Shown: piece after piece, positions 8,571 through 18,800 of the stretch | Position numbering within the stretch: the first letter of the stretch is position 1 | Layout: the number at the start of each line of letters is the position of its first letter | Assembly: GCA_024407995.1 (NCBI GenBank) | Contig: JAKSVL010000003.1 | Coordinates: 1-34,988, forward strand | Length of the DNA: 34,988 bases | Reading direction: 5' to 3' | Source: Bacilli bacterium | GTDB taxonomy: Bacteria; Bacillota_I; Bacilli_A; RFN20; CAG-826 | The notes under the pieces: model-generated | What the model saw: only the letters and a program-made list of their open reading frames with translations | Databases searched by the model: none | Told to the model about the DNA's origin: nothing | Translations under genes and position numbers: made by a program

Positions 8571-9341
8571 ATGCATTTAATTAAAACAAGATTAAGCGTT
8601 ATACAAAAGATTTGCCTTTCTGGTTTGATTATGGCTTTGGTCGTAATTTTACAAAAAGTTGTGGCAATAAATTACCTCGCGTTTGCGCCTTTTTTACGTG
8701 TCAGTTTAGGTGGGCCTGCACTCATCATGTTTGCCTCCATTTTATCAGGCCCTGTTTATGGTCTTTTTATCGGTATGGGCAGTGACCTTTTGGGCTATCT
8801 TGTTTTTGATCCAAGAGTGTATCCTCCTTACTTACAAATCACTGCGATTTATGCTCTTCTTGGTTTTGTGAGTTACTTTATTTTTTCTATCGTTTTTTCT
8901 ATCAAAAATCGTAAAGCAATGGCCATCACTGAGATTTGTTTTCTTGCCGCTATTTGGGCGGTAGTGGCCATTTTTACTTTGACCAGAAATGAAATCACTT
9001 TATTTAGCTCAACATATGAGCTTTCAGTTTTAAGCAAAACGCTAGTATGCACTGTTTCAGGCGTCATATTGCTCGCTATTATTCTTTTAAGTATTTTAAT
9101 CAAGCCAAAGGATGATAATGTCTTAGCGAGCCCATTACACATTTGCTTCGCCTCATTTATTTGTGATTTCTTTGTTTTGGTCTTGTTTGGCAGTGTGATG
9201 AAAGCTTGGGCATTTGGCTTTGCCACTTTCTTAGCAATTATTGTTTCACAATCGTTAGTAATGTTCTTTAACGTATTTATTGATACGTTCTTTATTTCAG
9301 CGTTCCAACGCTTCACTAAAAAGTTTTATGTGGGAGATTAG
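8571..9341 (+). CDS. ECF transporter S-component, folate (FolT-like)
   Basis: Hydrophobic; LRVSLG, ILSGPVYG..IG..SDLLG S-component pattern; directly follows folC. Confidence 0.7.
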   Translation: MHLIKTRLSVIQKICLSGLIMALVVILQKVVAINYLAFAPFLRVSLGGPALIMFASILSGPVYGLFIGMGSDLLGYLVFDPRVYPPYLQITAIYALLGFVSYFIFSIVFSIKNRKAMAITEICFLAAIWAVVAIFTLTRNEITLFSSTYELSVLSKTLVCTVSGVILLAIILLSILIKPKDDNVLASPLHICFASFICDFFVLVLFGSVMKAWAFGFATFLAIIVSQSLVMFFNVFIDTFFISAFQRFTKKFYVGD

Positions 9342-9342
9342 T

Positions 9343-9510
9343 ATGGAAGAAGAAAAGAAAACTCTTGATGAATTAGATGAAACTGAAGTCGTTCCTGTTG
9401 ATGAAAAACATGAAACATTTCATTTCCCTTGGGCAGTCGCTATTATCATTGGCGTTTTGATGCTTTTAATCATTGCCTGTTTTATTGTAATCATGATTTT
9501 GGAACACTAA
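9343..9510 (+). CDS. Small hypothetical protein (55 aa) with acidic N-terminus and a C-terminal TM helix
   Basis: ATG 9343 after GGAG; MEEEKKTLDELDE...FPWAVAIIIGVLMLLIIACFIVIMILEH. Confidence 0.65.
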   Translation: MEEEKKTLDELDETEVVPVDEKHETFHFPWAVAIIIGVLMLLIIACFIVIMILEH

Positions 9511-9620
9511 TTATTAGTGAATTTCCTCAAAATTAGCATGTAAAGAGATAAATATTTCTTTACAAAAAATAGATGGAGTGATAGTGTATTAAAAGTTAAT
9601 CGTATATAGGGGGTCAGGAG

Positions 9621-9767
9621 ATGAGAATAAAAGTTCTTTTGATTTGCGAGGAGTGCCTCTCCCGAAACTATACAACAACGATTAAAAAAGAAGGTGCTTC
9701 AAACCTTCAAATGAAAAAGTATTGTAAGCGTTGTAATAAGATGACGCTTCACAAAATAAGTAAATAG
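9621..9767 (+). CDS. rpmG: 50S ribosomal protein L33 (48 aa; absent from the ORF track)
   Basis: Manual translation [48 protein letters not shown]; RNY and KKYC motifs, two CxxC pairs; canonical position before secE. Confidence 0.93.
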   Translation: MRIKVLLICEECLSRNYTTTIKKEGASNLQMKKYCKRCNKMTLHKISK

Positions 9768-9778
9768 GAGGTCCAACT

Positions 9779-9970
9779 ATGGGTCTTGGAAAATTTGCAA
9801 AAGATGTAGTTAAAGAAGGCAAGCGTGTTCGCTGGCCTAAGAGAGATGTGTTAATTCCATCAATTATTGTGGTCGTTATCATTTCTGCATTAACCGGCAT
9901 CATCTTGATGGGTGAAGACGCACTTGGTAAAAGTTTAATTGATGTTTTAAAACAAACCTTCAATAGATAG
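9779..9970 (+). CDS. secE: Preprotein translocase subunit SecE
   Basis: KEGKRVRWP motif plus a single TM helix; between rpmG and nusG. Confidence 0.92.
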   Translation: MGLGKFAKDVVKEGKRVRWPKRDVLIPSIIVVVIISALTGIILMGEDALGKSLIDVLKQTFNR

Positions 9971-9980
9971 GAGTAGTGTT

Positions 9981-10589
9981 ATGGCAGACGAAGTTAAATT
10001 TACAGATAGCACCACCGATTTAAGTGAAGGTGAATCAAATGTGACATTAGGCGAAAAAGCTTGGTATGTCGTTAATACTTATTCAACACACGAAAACAAA
10101 GTTAAAGAAAACCTCCGTCGTCGTGTCGAATCTATGGGTTTGGAAGATTTAATCTTCCGTATCATCGTCGCAGAGCAAGAAGTTCCTGTTATGAAAGATG
10201 GTATGCCTACAGATAAAACTAGAATGAAAAACCTCTATCCAGGTTATGTCTTCGTAGAAATGATTATGACAGACTATGCTTGGTACGTTGTCCGTAATAC
10301 TCCAGGTGTTACAGGCTTCGTTGGATCTTCTGGTAAAGGTACAACACCATCCCCAGTGCCACGTGAACAAATTGAACCAGTTCTTAAAAGAATGGGTGAA
10401 ATTGACGCTGATATGTTTGATCGTTATAGTGTTGATGACTATGTCAAAGTCATCCATGGTCCACTTGAAGGCACCGAAGGTAGAATCCTTTCTATCAACC
10501 GCGATACCAAAGTCGTTGAACTCGAAACCATCTTCTTTGGTAGAGCAACTAAAGTCGAAGTTGACTTCTCTGAAATCGATAAGATCTAG
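9981..10589 (+). CDS. nusG: Transcription termination/antitermination factor NusG
   Basis: WYVVNTYS, YPGYVFVEM, VRNTPGVTGFVG, KOW domain, FGRAT. Confidence 0.97.
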   Translation: MADEVKFTDSTTDLSEGESNVTLGEKAWYVVNTYSTHENKVKENLRRRVESMGLEDLIFRIIVAEQEVPVMKDGMPTDKTRMKNLYPGYVFVEMIMTDYAWYVVRNTPGVTGFVGSSGKGTTPSPVPREQIEPVLKRMGEIDADMFDRYSVDDYVKVIHGPLEGTEGRILSINRDTKVVELETIFFGRATKVEVDFSEIDKI

Positions 10590-10608
10590 AGTCGTTAATA
10601 ATAAGCAA

Positions 10609-10640
10609 CAAAAAAGGCTCCAATCGGAGCCTTTTGTTTT
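10609..10640. terminator. Bidirectional intrinsic terminator between convergent nusG and ktrA
   Basis: AAAAGGCTCC-aatc-GGAGCCTTTT with A and T tracts on both sides. Confidence 0.85.
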
Positions 10641-10651
10641 GCAAACAAATA

Positions 10652-11335
10652 TTAAAGAGTTCTCTTTTTCTTTCTGCCACCATTGATGGCTTCACGGAAG
10701 TTTCTGATTTCTTTTGTACCACCAACGACGAAGATTGTGTCATCTGGTAATAATGAGTCATTGCCACCTGGGACAAATGAACGGCCGTTTCTCATAACAA
10801 GAACGATACTGACACCATATTTATCTTTGGATGATAAATCTTTTAATTGTTCTGGCACATAACCATTGTTAATAACGATAGAAACAACAGAGTACTTATC
10901 ATCTAGTTTATAGAAGTCTTTAAAGTCTTCGTTACCAAGTCTATTTGCTAAAGCAACACCTGCAGCTTTTTGTGGCATGATAACTTCAGTTGCCCCTAAC
11001 TTTTTCATAATTGAGGTGTAATATGGATCGTCAACACGAACAATGATGGTTTTAACGCCTAATTCCTTAAGAATAACTGTAGTTAAGATGCTAGCTTCAA
11101 TGTGTGAACCATAAGCGACGATAGCAGCATCAACGTCCTTAATACCTAAATCCTTAAGAGCTTCTTCATCGGTACTATTAGCAACAGCGACAGTAGGAAG
11201 TAAGCCACTGATTTTTTTGACCGCTTCTTCATTGCTATCGATAGCGATGACATCCATGCCATTGTCTACTAATTCTTCAACGATAGAAATACCAAATTGT
11301 CCAAGTCCGATGACTGCAAATGATTTTTTAGCCAT
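10652..11335 (-). CDS. ktrA: Ktr/Trk K+ uptake regulatory subunit (RCK_N + RCK_C)
   Basis: VIGLGQFG Rossmann motif, VIAID, C-terminal RCK_C (VPGGNDSLLPDDTIFVVG). Confidence 0.9.
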   Translation of the reverse strand: MAKKSFAVIGLGQFGISIVEELVDNGMDVIAIDSNEEAVKKISGLLPTVAVANSTDEEALKDLGIKDVDAAIVAYGSHIEASILTTVILKELGVKTIIVRVDDPYYTSIMKKLGATEVIMPQKAAGVALANRLGNEDFKDFYKLDDKYSVVSIVINNGYVPEQLKDLSSKDKYGVSIVLVMRNGRSFVPGGNDSLLPDDTIFVVGGTKEIRNFREAINGGRKKKRTL

Positions 11336-11350
11336 ATAAAGATTCCTCCT

Positions 11351-12811
11351 CTAACCGATTAAAAAATCCTCTTCAACAAAACTATAATGTGAATTCGTTG
11401 TTTTGTCCAAGTTATTTTGGAATAATTGGAAAAAAGCCATTGGTCCCAAGTGACCAATTAACATTAATAAACATAACACTAATTTCGATCCTGTTGATAA
11501 GAATGGTTCTAAGCCTGTATAGAAACCAACGTTACCAAAGCAAGAGAATACTTCGTATAAATAGAAAGATGCTTTGTCATTAGCGATTTTTTCGCTTAAT
11601 ACATAACCATCGACATCTTTTACACCGAATAAAGAAACCAAGATAAATGACACAAATAAGAAGGTAACGATAATAAACACTAGTGACATACTCTTGGCCA
11701 CAAGATCATAACTATAACGGCGTTTGAAAGCAGATAATTTCTTGCCACTGAAATAAGAAATAATTGTCAAAACAATAATGAAAGCAGTGGTAATTTTTAA
11801 GCCACCCGCAGTAGAAAGCGGCGAGCCACCAACAAGCATCAAAAGACAGCAAATCATACGACCAGGAAGAGAAATATCTTCTTGAGGATAGATGGTAAAT
11901 CCAGCAGTTCTACAGTTGATAGATTGCATCAAAGCTTCATATAAATTCATCGGATTATTTGCCTTAAATCCTTCGGTGAAAAATAGTAAGAAAGTGGAGA
12001 TAAAAATCATACCAAAAGTCATGGTCAAACAGACCTTAGTAAAAGCCGACCAACGACGTAATGGTTTGTGCTCCACAATGATATCAATAATAACTAAGAA
12101 AGAGATTCCGCCTAAGAGGGATAAAATCGCCATGTAGATAGTGGAATAGTAGTATAAGAAATTGCTTGTAGAAATAAAAGTACCGCCAGTGGCGCTTAAA
12201 CCATCAATTAGCGAGGACGTACCGCTAAATAAGTCGAACCCCACATTGTTAAAAGCGGAAACGGCATAGAAAATAGAATAATAAATACCTTTTAAAGGAT
12301 TATCAGGGAAAACTTGTAAAAAGAAAGGCACACCGAGGGCAATTCCAATTGCTTCACATACCGCGGTAATTGCGATTAATCGACGCACGTACTTCACGAT
12401 TTCGCCAAAGTTATCAAAAGAAATAGCTTGAGAAATCATTAAGCGATCTTTAAATTGTAATCTTCCTCTAAAAATAGTAACTAAGAAGGTTAAAATTGTA
12501 ACGATACCTAAACCACCTGTTTGCACTAAGACGAGAACTATGATTTGACCTGCTAAAGATAAGGTGTTTGCAAGGCCATCTGGATAGGTAGTAACCCCCG
12601 TTAAAGTCATGGATGCCAGTGAGGTGAAAAAGGCGTCTAAATATGTACCAACATGACACCACTCATTGTTAGGGTTATCTCTAAAAGAAAATGGCATGCT
12701 CAATAGTAACGAACCGATTAAAGCAAATGTCAAAAATGAAACGATGAGTAGTAAATATGGATTGACCTTAAATTTTTTGGATTTCATTTGGCGATATAAT
12801 ACACTTGCCAC
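11351..12811 (-). CDS. ktrB: Ktr/TrkH K+ uptake membrane subunit
   Basis: Four pore-loop glycine motifs TLTG, NNVGF, RTAGF, GNVGF; GGSPLSTAGGLK; GTG start uncertain. Confidence 0.9.
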   Translation of the reverse strand: MASVLYRQMKSKKFKVNPYLLLIVSFLTFALIGSLLLSMPFSFRDNPNNEWCHVGTYLDAFFTSLASMTLTGVTTYPDGLANTLSLAGQIIVLVLVQTGGLGIVTILTFLVTIFRGRLQFKDRLMISQAISFDNFGEIVKYVRRLIAITAVCEAIGIALGVPFFLQVFPDNPLKGIYYSIFYAVSAFNNVGFDLFSGTSSLIDGLSATGGTFISTSNFLYYYSTIYMAILSLLGGISFLVIIDIIVEHKPLRRWSAFTKVCLTMTFGMIFISTFLLFFTEGFKANNPMNLYEALMQSINCRTAGFTIYPQEDISLPGRMICCLLMLVGGSPLSTAGGLKITTAFIIVLTIISYFSGKKLSAFKRRYSYDLVAKSMSLVFIIVTFLFVSFILVSLFGVKDVDGYVLSEKIANDKASFYLYEVFSCFGNVGFYTGLEPFLSTGSKLVLCLLMLIGHLGPMAFFQLFQNNLDKTTNSHYSFVEEDFLIG

Positions 12812-12894
12812 AGTTAAATGTCAAATAAAAACAAATCATTAATGATTTGATAGTATACAAATTGTCTATTAAAGAAGAAAAAGCAAAAAAACGC

Positions 12895-12924
12895 TTGCTA
12901 CGCTTGTACGTAATTTGATACGAT
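12895..12924 (+). promoter_or_regulatory. Putative rplK promoter
   Basis: TTGCTA, 18-bp spacer, extended -10 TGaTACGAT. Confidence 0.5.
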
Positions 12925-12982
12925 ATATAAGCGTGTTGTCTAGCGCTATGAGAGAGCGCAAGCGCACGTGAGAAATTACGTT

Positions 12983-13017
12983 CCGTGGAAGAGTGGCGAT
13001 CACTCAATAAACCACGG
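12983..13017 (+). promoter_or_regulatory. Ribosomal protein L1-binding leader of rplK-rplA
   Basis: CCGTGG-AA-GAGTG-gcgat-CACTC-AATAAA-CCACGG: two stems with an asymmetric purine-rich internal loop, in the usual position before rplK. Confidence 0.7.
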
Positions 13018-13050
13018 CACTGACAAAAACTACATAAGGAGGAAAGTCAA

Positions 13051-13461
13051 GTGAAGAAAATCGCGAAAGTCGTGAAAATGGAACTTCCTGGTGGTGAAGC
13101 AAAGCCAGGTCCAAAACTCGCTTCTGCTGGTGTTAACATGGGTAAATTCTGCACAGATTTCAATGCTAAAACCGCTGATAGACGTGGTGAAATCGTTCCA
13201 GTTATTATCACCGCTTATGAAGACAAGTCCTGTGACTTTGTCATCAAAACCTCTCCAGTAGCAGGTTTAATCTTAAAAGCTGCTGGCATTCAAAAAGGTA
13301 GCGCCACTGGCCGTAAGACCCAAGTTGGCAAAATTACCAGAGCTCAACTCAGACAAATTGCTGAATACAAGCTCCCAGATCTCAACTGCGATGACATTGA
13401 GGCAGCTATGAAGATCGTTGAAGGCAGTGCCAATAATATGGGCATTGCAGTCGTTGACTAA
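13051..13461 (+). CDS. rplK: 50S ribosomal protein L11
   Basis: GVNMGKFCTDFNAKT, IAEYKLPDLN, GSANNMGI; GTG start after AGGAGG. Confidence 0.97.
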   Translation: MKKIAKVVKMELPGGEAKPGPKLASAGVNMGKFCTDFNAKTADRRGEIVPVIITAYEDKSCDFVIKTSPVAGLILKAAGIQKGSATGRKTQVGKITRAQLRQIAEYKLPDLNCDDIEAAMKIVEGSANNMGIAVVD

Positions 13462-13472
13462 GGAGAATCGGT

Positions 13473-14156
13473 ATGTTTAGAAGCAAAAATTACAAAAACG
13501 CCGCTCAAAAAGTCGATGCTAACAAACTTTACACAATCGAAGAAGCTTGTGCATTAGTCAAAGAAACTTCCACAGTGAAGTTCGATGCTACTATTGATGT
13601 AAGCTTCAGACTCAATGTCGATCCAAAACAAGCTGACCAACAAGTCAGAGGAACTCTCATCCTCCCAAATGGTAATGGTAAAACAAAGAAAGTCTTAGCC
13701 ATCACCGACAAAGTTGACGATGCTTTAGCCGCCGGTGCTGATTTCGGAGGCGGTAACGAAATGCTCGAAAAGATCCAAAAAGAAAACTGGTTCGATTACG
13801 ATGTTATCGTTGCAACACCTAACATGATGGGCAATATCGGTAAATTAGGCCGTGTCTTAGGTCCAAAAGGCTTAATGCCAAACCCAAAGACTGGTACAGT
13901 TTCCCCAGATATCGCAAAAGCCATCAAAGAAATTAAAGCTGGTAAAGTCGAATATCGTGTTGACAAAGAAGCAAATATGCACGGTTGCATTGCTAAAGTG
14001 TCATTCGATACAGACAAGATTGTCCAAAACTTAAATGCTCTCGTTGATGCAGTTACAAAAGCAAAACCAGCAGTAGTTAAGGGCACTTACTTCAAAAAAG
14101 CTGTCATCCATACGACCATGGGTCCAGCCATTCAATTCACATTTGCTGGTCGTTAA
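13473..14156 (+). CDS. rplA: 50S ribosomal protein L1
   Basis: [32 protein letters not shown]. Confidence 0.98.
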   Translation: MFRSKNYKNAAQKVDANKLYTIEEACALVKETSTVKFDATIDVSFRLNVDPKQADQQVRGTLILPNGNGKTKKVLAITDKVDDALAAGADFGGGNEMLEKIQKENWFDYDVIVATPNMMGNIGKLGRVLGPKGLMPNPKTGTVSPDIAKAIKEIKAGKVEYRVDKEANMHGCIAKVSFDTDKIVQNLNALVDAVTKAKPAVVKGTYFKKAVIHTTMGPAIQFTFAGR

Positions 14157-14175
14157 TTAACAAAAGGTCAATATA

Positions 14176-14255
14176 CCTAAGACAGTAACGGACGAAATAG
14201 TCTTAATCATGTTACCGAGGCGTATGTATAAATACCCATCGTATATTGGAGCCTC
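14176..14255 (+). promoter_or_regulatory. L10 leader (autoregulatory RNA of rplJ-rplL)
   Basis: CCTAAGACAGTAAC...TAA...GTTACCGAGG core typical of L10 leaders, between rplA and rplJ. Confidence 0.8.
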
Positions 14256-14292
14256 AAAAAATCAATTTTTTAGAAAAAAGGAGGTCAAGAAT

Positions 14293-14778
14293 ATGAACCA
14301 AGCAGTCTTAGCAGCTAAATCCGAGACAGTCAATGAAATCAGTAGCAAAGCTAAAAATAGCCAAACAATCATTGTTTGTGAATATCGTGGCTTAACAGTT
14401 GCTCAAATTCAAGAAGTCAGACGTGCTCTCCGTAAGGAAAACGCTGAAATGAACGTTTACAAGAATTCTCTCGTTGAACGTGCATGTGATGAATTAGGCT
14501 ACACTGAACTCAAAGATGTTTTACAAGGTCCTAACGCTATCGTTTTCTCTGAAGACGTTATCGCCGGTGCCAAAGTCATCGCCAAATATGCTAAAAGACA
14601 TAGAGACGTTCTTGTTGTCAAAGGCGGTATCGTCGAAGGTAAATTCGTCGACGCTAAAGGCATGATCGAAGTTTCCAAACTTCCAGGCAAAGAAGGTCTT
14701 ATTTCCATGTTCTTATCGTGCTTACAAGCACCAATCCGCTCCTTCGCTTGCGCTGTCAAGGCAGTAGCGGACAAGTAA
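14293..14778 (+). CDS. rplJ: 50S ribosomal protein L10
   Basis: EYRGLTVAQ, VYKNSL, KGGIVEG; true start ATG 14293 after AGGAGG (ORF-track start lies within the leader). Confidence 0.96.
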   Translation: MNQAVLAAKSETVNEISSKAKNSQTIIVCEYRGLTVAQIQEVRRALRKENAEMNVYKNSLVERACDELGYTELKDVLQGPNAIVFSEDVIAGAKVIAKYAKRHRDVLVVKGGIVEGKFVDAKGMIEVSKLPGKEGLISMFLSCLQAPIRSFACAVKAVADK

Positions 14779-14802
14779 TGCCAATCTAGGAGGATTATTA
14801 TC

Positions 14803-15180
14803 ATGGCAAAATTAACAAATGAAGAAATCATTGCTGCATTAAAAGAAATGACAGTAGTGGAATTAAATGAATTAGTCAAAGCCGTCGAAGAAGAATTCGG
14901 CGTCACAGCAGCAGCCCCAGTCGGCGTTGTTGCAGCTGCTCCAGCAGAAGAAGAAGAAAACAAAGGTCCAGCAGAAGTCTCCTTAATCTTAAAGAGCTGC
15001 GGTGCCTCAAAGGTCCAAGTCATCAAAGCAGTCCAAACTATCACAGGTTTAGGCTTAATGGATGCCAAGAAGTTAGTTGACTCCGCTCCAGTCGCAGTCA
15101 AAGAACACATCTCCCCAGTTGAAGCTGAAGAACACAAGAAAGCTCTTGAAGCCGCTGGTGCAGAACTCGAAATTAAATAA
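14803..15180 (+). CDS. rplL: 50S ribosomal protein L7/L12
   Basis: [30 protein letters not shown]. Confidence 0.98.
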   Translation: MAKLTNEEIIAALKEMTVVELNELVKAVEEEFGVTAAAPVGVVAAAPAEEEENKGPAEVSLILKSCGASKVQVIKAVQTITGLGLMDAKKLVDSAPVAVKEHISPVEAEEHKKALEAAGAELEIK

Positions 15181-15231
15181 GTTCCAAATTTCAAACAAAT
15201 TTCATTATTACCAAGGGGGTAATTTCGCCTA

Positions 15232-15837
15232 ATGAGCCATTATTTCCAAGATGATCCAAATCTTGCTTCAAATTATAAAATGATCAGCTTTGAAGTTAAT
15301 GGTCTCACTATGAACTTACTCACTGATAATGGTGTGTTTTCCAAGAATAGAGTCGATGAGGGAAGCTTAGCCTTTTTAAAGGTTATCCTTCCCCTCAATC
15401 TTGGAAACAACATCTTAGATTTAGGATGCGGTTATGGCACGATCGGCTTAACGTTAGCCATGGCTAAAAAAGAGGCAAGGGTTACCCTTGCTGATATCAA
15501 TGCGCGCGCTCTTAATATGTGCAAAAAGAACGCTGAAGCGCTTAATTTAGGCCAACGAGTCACTATCCTTCAAAGTGACATCTATGAAAAGATTGAAGGA
15601 CCATATGATTCAATTGTTGTTAACCCGCCCATACGCGCAGGCAAGTCTGTGACCTATCGCATGTATGAGGAGGCCAAGCAATACTTAATTGATGGCGGCT
15701 CACTGTTTATAGTGATTAGAAAAGCCCAAGGCGCTTTAAGCGCTAGCCAATATATTGAGTCAATCTTCGGTAATGTTAAGCTACTAGATCGACACAAGGG
15801 CTATCACATCTATCAAGCAGTTAAGAGCAACAAATAA
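15232..15837 (+). CDS. Class I SAM-dependent methyltransferase (RsmC/YbxB-like)
   Basis: [25 protein letters not shown]; conserved position between rplL and rpoB. Confidence 0.9.
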   Translation: MSHYFQDDPNLASNYKMISFEVNGLTMNLLTDNGVFSKNRVDEGSLAFLKVILPLNLGNNILDLGCGYGTIGLTLAMAKKEARVTLADINARALNMCKKNAEALNLGQRVTILQSDIYEKIEGPYDSIVVNPPIRAGKSVTYRMYEEAKQYLIDGGSLFIVIRKAQGALSASQYIESIFGNVKLLDRHKGYHIYQAVKSNK

Positions 15838-15854
15838 TCAAAAGGAGCCATTAT

Positions 15855-18800
15855 ATGATTAGAAATATTGAGAACTTAAACAAACTCAACAACAATCGTT
15901 ATGATTACAGCAAAATCTCTGGCAAACTTCCTTTACCAAATCTTGTTGAAATTCAAACGAAATCGTATGAAGAGTTTAAGGAAAAAGGATTGGACGAAGT
16001 CTTCAGAGAATCATTCCCAATTGTTAACTATACAAATACATTATCAATCGACTACGTCTCAATTCGTTTTGGTGAACCAAAGCATACATTTTTACAATGT
16101 AAAGCTCAAGACCTCACCTATAGCGCGCCTATCTATGTGATGTTACGTTTAACTCACCACGATACTGGTGAAATCCAAGAATCTGAAGTCTATATGGGTG
16201 AATTCCCACTTATGACTAAGTCTGGTACATTCATCGTCAATGGTGCAGAACGTGTCATCGTTTCACAATTAGTCCGTTCCCCAGGCGCGTATATGTCTTT
16301 AACAAAAGATATAAAAACCGGAAAAGTTACTTATGAAGCAGATCTCATCCCAGGTCGTGGCACATGGTTACAATTTGAAAGTGGCACAAAGGACTTATTA
16401 AGTGTCCGTATTGACCGTCAAAGAAAACTTAATGCCTCATCCTTATTAAGAGCTTTAGGTTTAGAAGAAACTAGCGATATCATCAAATTATTTGGTGATT
16501 CCGAAGCTTTAAGAAACACTTTAGCCAAAGATGATGATCAAAAGATCAAAACTGCCAAAGCTGCCCTTGTTGAAATCTTCAAAAAGATGAAACCAGGTGA
16601 ACCAGTCACTGAAGAAGGCACAGTTAATTTCTTAGTGCAAAAATTCTTCGATGCTAAACACTATGACTTAGGCAGAGCTGGTCGCTTTAAATACATTAAG
16701 AAATTAGGCGTTTACAATCGTTTAACCGGTCGCACTTTAGCAGAAAACCTCATTGATAGTGAAGGTGAAGTGCGTTTCAAGAAAGGTTATACCTTAACTG
16801 CACAAGATGTTGATGCATTAAGAGATGAAGACTTCTTTGAAAAAGGCGCTCACATGAAGAAGCTCAAAGTCAACGAAAGACTTGATAATCATGGCGTTAT
16901 CAATCTCGTCAAAGTTTATAACAATGAAAGAGAAAAGAAAGTTTGCCACATTATCGGTACTGACTTAAATAGCACATGCTCTTATGTCACAATCAGTGAT
17001 ATCATCGCTTGTTTCTCCTATTTCCTCAACGTGATGGATGGATTCGGTGATACCGATGATATCGACCACTTAGGTAACAGAAGAATCCGCTGTGTCGGTG
17101 AATTAATTCAAAACCAATTCCGCTTAGGTTTAGCGAAAATGGTGAAGACCGTGCAACAAAAGATGTCTATTTCTGATTTAGGCAATGTCAAACCAAAAGC
17201 TTTAATCAACCCACGTCCATTAAGTGCGAGTATTAGAGAATTCTTCGCATCTTCTCAACTCTCTCAATTTATGGATCAAACTAACCCTCTCGCGGAATTA
17301 ACTAACAAACGTAGATTATCCGCTTTAGGTCCTGGTGGTTTAACTAGAGACAGAGCCTCTACTGAAGTGCGTGACGTTCACGTTTCTCACTATGGTAGAA
17401 TTTGTCCAATTGAAACTCCTGAAGGTCAAAACATTGGTTTGATTAACAACCTTGCTTCGTACGCGAAAATTAATAAATATGGATTTATTGAAACTCCATA
17501 TAGACGCGTAGACAAGACTACATGCCGCGTTTTAAGCGAAGCTGAAGATTCCGTTTATTTATCAGCAGATGAAGAATGGGATTATGTTATCGCTGAAGCA
17601 AATATTAATTTAAGTCCAGAAGGCGAAATTCTTGATGAACAAGTTATCGCTAGATATAAAGGTGAAAACGTTATGGCGAGTAGAGAAGATGTTGACTATG
17701 TCGACGTTTCTCCAAAGCAAATCGTTTCTATTGCTGCGGGTTGTATCCCATTCTTAGAAAACGATGACACCATGAGAGCACTCATGGGCTCCAACATGCA
17801 ACGTCAAGCCTTACCTCTTTTAAGACCACATGCCCCATTCGTCGGCACTGGTCTTGAACATCAAATTGCCCGTGACTCAGGTCTCGCTGTGGTCGCTGTG
17901 GAAGATGGTACCGTCACTTATACCGATTCCTGCACCATTGAAATCTTAGAAAAAGGCAATGTTGAACCAAGAATTTATCAATTACAAAAATTTGAAAGAA
18001 GTAACCAAGGCACTTGTATCAATCAAACATCAATCGTTAAAGTTGGTCAACAAGTGACAAAAGGTCAAATCATCGCTGATGGTCCAGCTATGGAAAAAGG
18101 TGATTTAGCCCTTGGTCAAAACGTCACAATCGCCTTCATGACATGGAATGGCTACAACTATGAAGATGCTGTCATCATGTCTGAAAGATTAGTGAAAGAT
18201 GATGTTTACACATCAATTCACATTGAAAAATATGAATTAGAATGCAGAAGCATTCCAAAATTAGGTGATGAAGAAATCACTCGTGATATTCCTAACGTCA
18301 GTGAAGCTGCTAAAGCTAACTTAGACGAAAGAGGTATTATCGTTCCTGGCGCAGAAGTGAAAGAAGGCGACATTTTAGTTGGTAAAGTCACTCCTCGTGG
18401 TCAAAGCGAACCAACTCCAGAAGGCAAATTATTAATGGCCATCTTTGGTGAAAAGACCAATGAAGGTAAAGATGCCTCCTTACGTGTCCCTCACGGTGGT
18501 GCTGGTATCGTCTTAGACGTTAAGATCTTCAAACGTGAAGGTAAATCAAAAGATGTCGAATTACCTCCAGGCGTTAACGAAGTCGTCAGAGTCTATATCG
18601 TCCAAAAGAGAAAGATCTCCGAAGGTGATAAGATGTCTGGTCGTCACGGTAACAAGGGTGTTATTTCCCGTATCTTACCAGAATGCGATATGCCATTCCT
18701 TCCAGATGGTACTCCAGTTGACATCATGCTCAACCCATTAGGCGTTCCATCTCGTATGAATATCGGTCAAATTTTGGAAGTCCACTTAGGCTATGCCTTA

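Noticed and set aside
9768-9778. tRNA-Trp often found between rpmG and secE
   Set aside because: Only 11 bp are available; no cloverleaf seen anywhere in the window
12812-13050. c-di-AMP riboswitch upstream of ktrB
   Set aside because: No ydaO-like motifs, and the region is largely taken up by the rplK promoter and leader
14209-14292. N-terminal extension of L10 (likewise the extensions at 26982, 26606, 33685, 9280 and 1736)
   Set aside because: Downstream ATGs have better SD sequences or match the family N-termini
14499-15194. 231-aa antisense ORF over rplJ/rplL, and the other short overlapping ORFs in the track
   Set aside because: Shadow frames of highly biased genes, with no motifs or RBS
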